Shown here in pieces: positions 62,932-64,000 of a stretch of 64,000 bases of DNA. How positions within the stretch are numbered: position 1 is the stretch's first letter; the number at the start of each line of letters is the position of its first letter. Location of the stretch: contig JAHLTZ010000004.1 of assembly GCA_025786725.1 (NCBI GenBank), positions 744,001 through 808,000 on the forward strand, in the 5' to 3' direction. The notes beneath the pieces are model-generated. The model saw nothing but the letters and a program-made list of their open reading frames with translations. It made no database searches and was not told the DNA's origin. Position numbers and translations under genes: made by a program. This DNA comes from Syncephalis fuscata S228 (lineage: Eukaryota > Fungi > Zoopagomycota).

Positions 62932-64000
62932 GGCAAAGGTTAAATGCGATAGATAGACGGGCTGATGGCGCTTGTTTGTTTATTTGTTTAGTTGCAGTGG
63001 ATAGTAGGTGTTGGCGGGGTAGATGAATCGTATTTTAGTTAGTTATCGTAAGCAAAAATACAGCGATGCTAGGTGCTGTATAGGATATTGCTGGAGCAAG
63101 TAGCGTTAGCGTTAGTGATTCAGACGAGAAAATAAAAAGCAAGTAGCGGCCGGTGGCATAGCTGCTTGGCCTTATAAATAAGTATATAGCTATTTAAAGC
63201 CACGCTGCCTAAATAAGTTATTAGCATACTAAAAGAAGCAGCAAATCAAGCGGAAGTATAATCCGTTTCTACAAGAATAGCCACTGTTCTTTGTCTTTTT
63301 TGGTCTAATTATTTGAGTTAAAAAAGCTAAAAGCCAAAAGCTATATTTCTATACTGAGCGATAACCACTATAATTTATTCTATATCGACAATAATATAAA
63401 ATACTAAGCATAAATACATTATTATTTTATTTATTTATCTATTATTCAAATGGGCTAATAATCCATTTCGCTACCTTTTAGCGTCTATTAATGTTATATT
63501 ATTTTATTAACGGCGTATGCTATGCTTACACTTGCCTTTATTATTTTTATATTATTTTCGCTATTACACTAATAGTACATTTCATTTTAATGGCTTTTGA
63601 TGTCAAATAACTTTATTCCTTTAACGCATTTAATACTTAGTATTCTTATAATAATGACATTTATTTTTTGATGTGTTTACATTTTAATCTGTTCTATGAT
63701 GTGCCATTTGCTGGTTAGATTAGCTTTTATCATTTCACATTGCATTTATTAATCAATTAACTGGCTGTTTATAAATATTGACTGACAGGCTCACATCTCA
63801 CAATCTACATCATCACATTTCCTTTCTCTTTCTTCACACTTGACAGCATATATCCATTGCATATACTTGTACACTCCATATATACTATATAGATAGTTTC
63901 AGTAGTTGGCTGACTACTAGTTAGATACACACACCTTCTACACTATGTACTTGCATTGCTATTTGTAATATTAACTTTTCTATTAATCACTTTTATCACA

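Overview
A 64-kb eukaryotic window from an early-diverging fungus. The short AT-rich GT-AG/GC-AG introns and gene content are consistent with a Zoopagomycota-type genome such as a Syncephalis-like mycoparasite; the taxon is inference only. Conserved genes: EAF1, ORC1, LTA4H/LAP2, ERV25 (p24), MOT1, OCT1/MIP, RRB1, a UBP2-like deubiquitinase, NDUFV2/NUO24, a C1+Pex24p-domain gene and an Era-like GTPase. An intronless MATA/SOX-type HMG-box gene with about 4 kb of upstream non-coding DNA is also present. Accessory material lies between these genes: (i) four 3'-end remnants of Fanzor1/TnpB genes in two back-to-back pairs, one fused and one bracketing the LTA4H gene; (ii) a ~1.5-kb near-perfect palindrome built from a 333-bp unit; (iii) a signal-peptide-bearing atypical protein kinase visible only after splicing; (iv) secreted repeat proteins that share an aliphatic/Asp 'LI(D/N)x(D/N)' module; (v) an unannotated 47-aa secreted peptide precursor; (vi) a MITE-like repeat family with a conserved hairpin. 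Several single-base indels in conserved genes look like consensus errors. All calls come from manual reading; multi-exon genes are given as start-to-stop spans.
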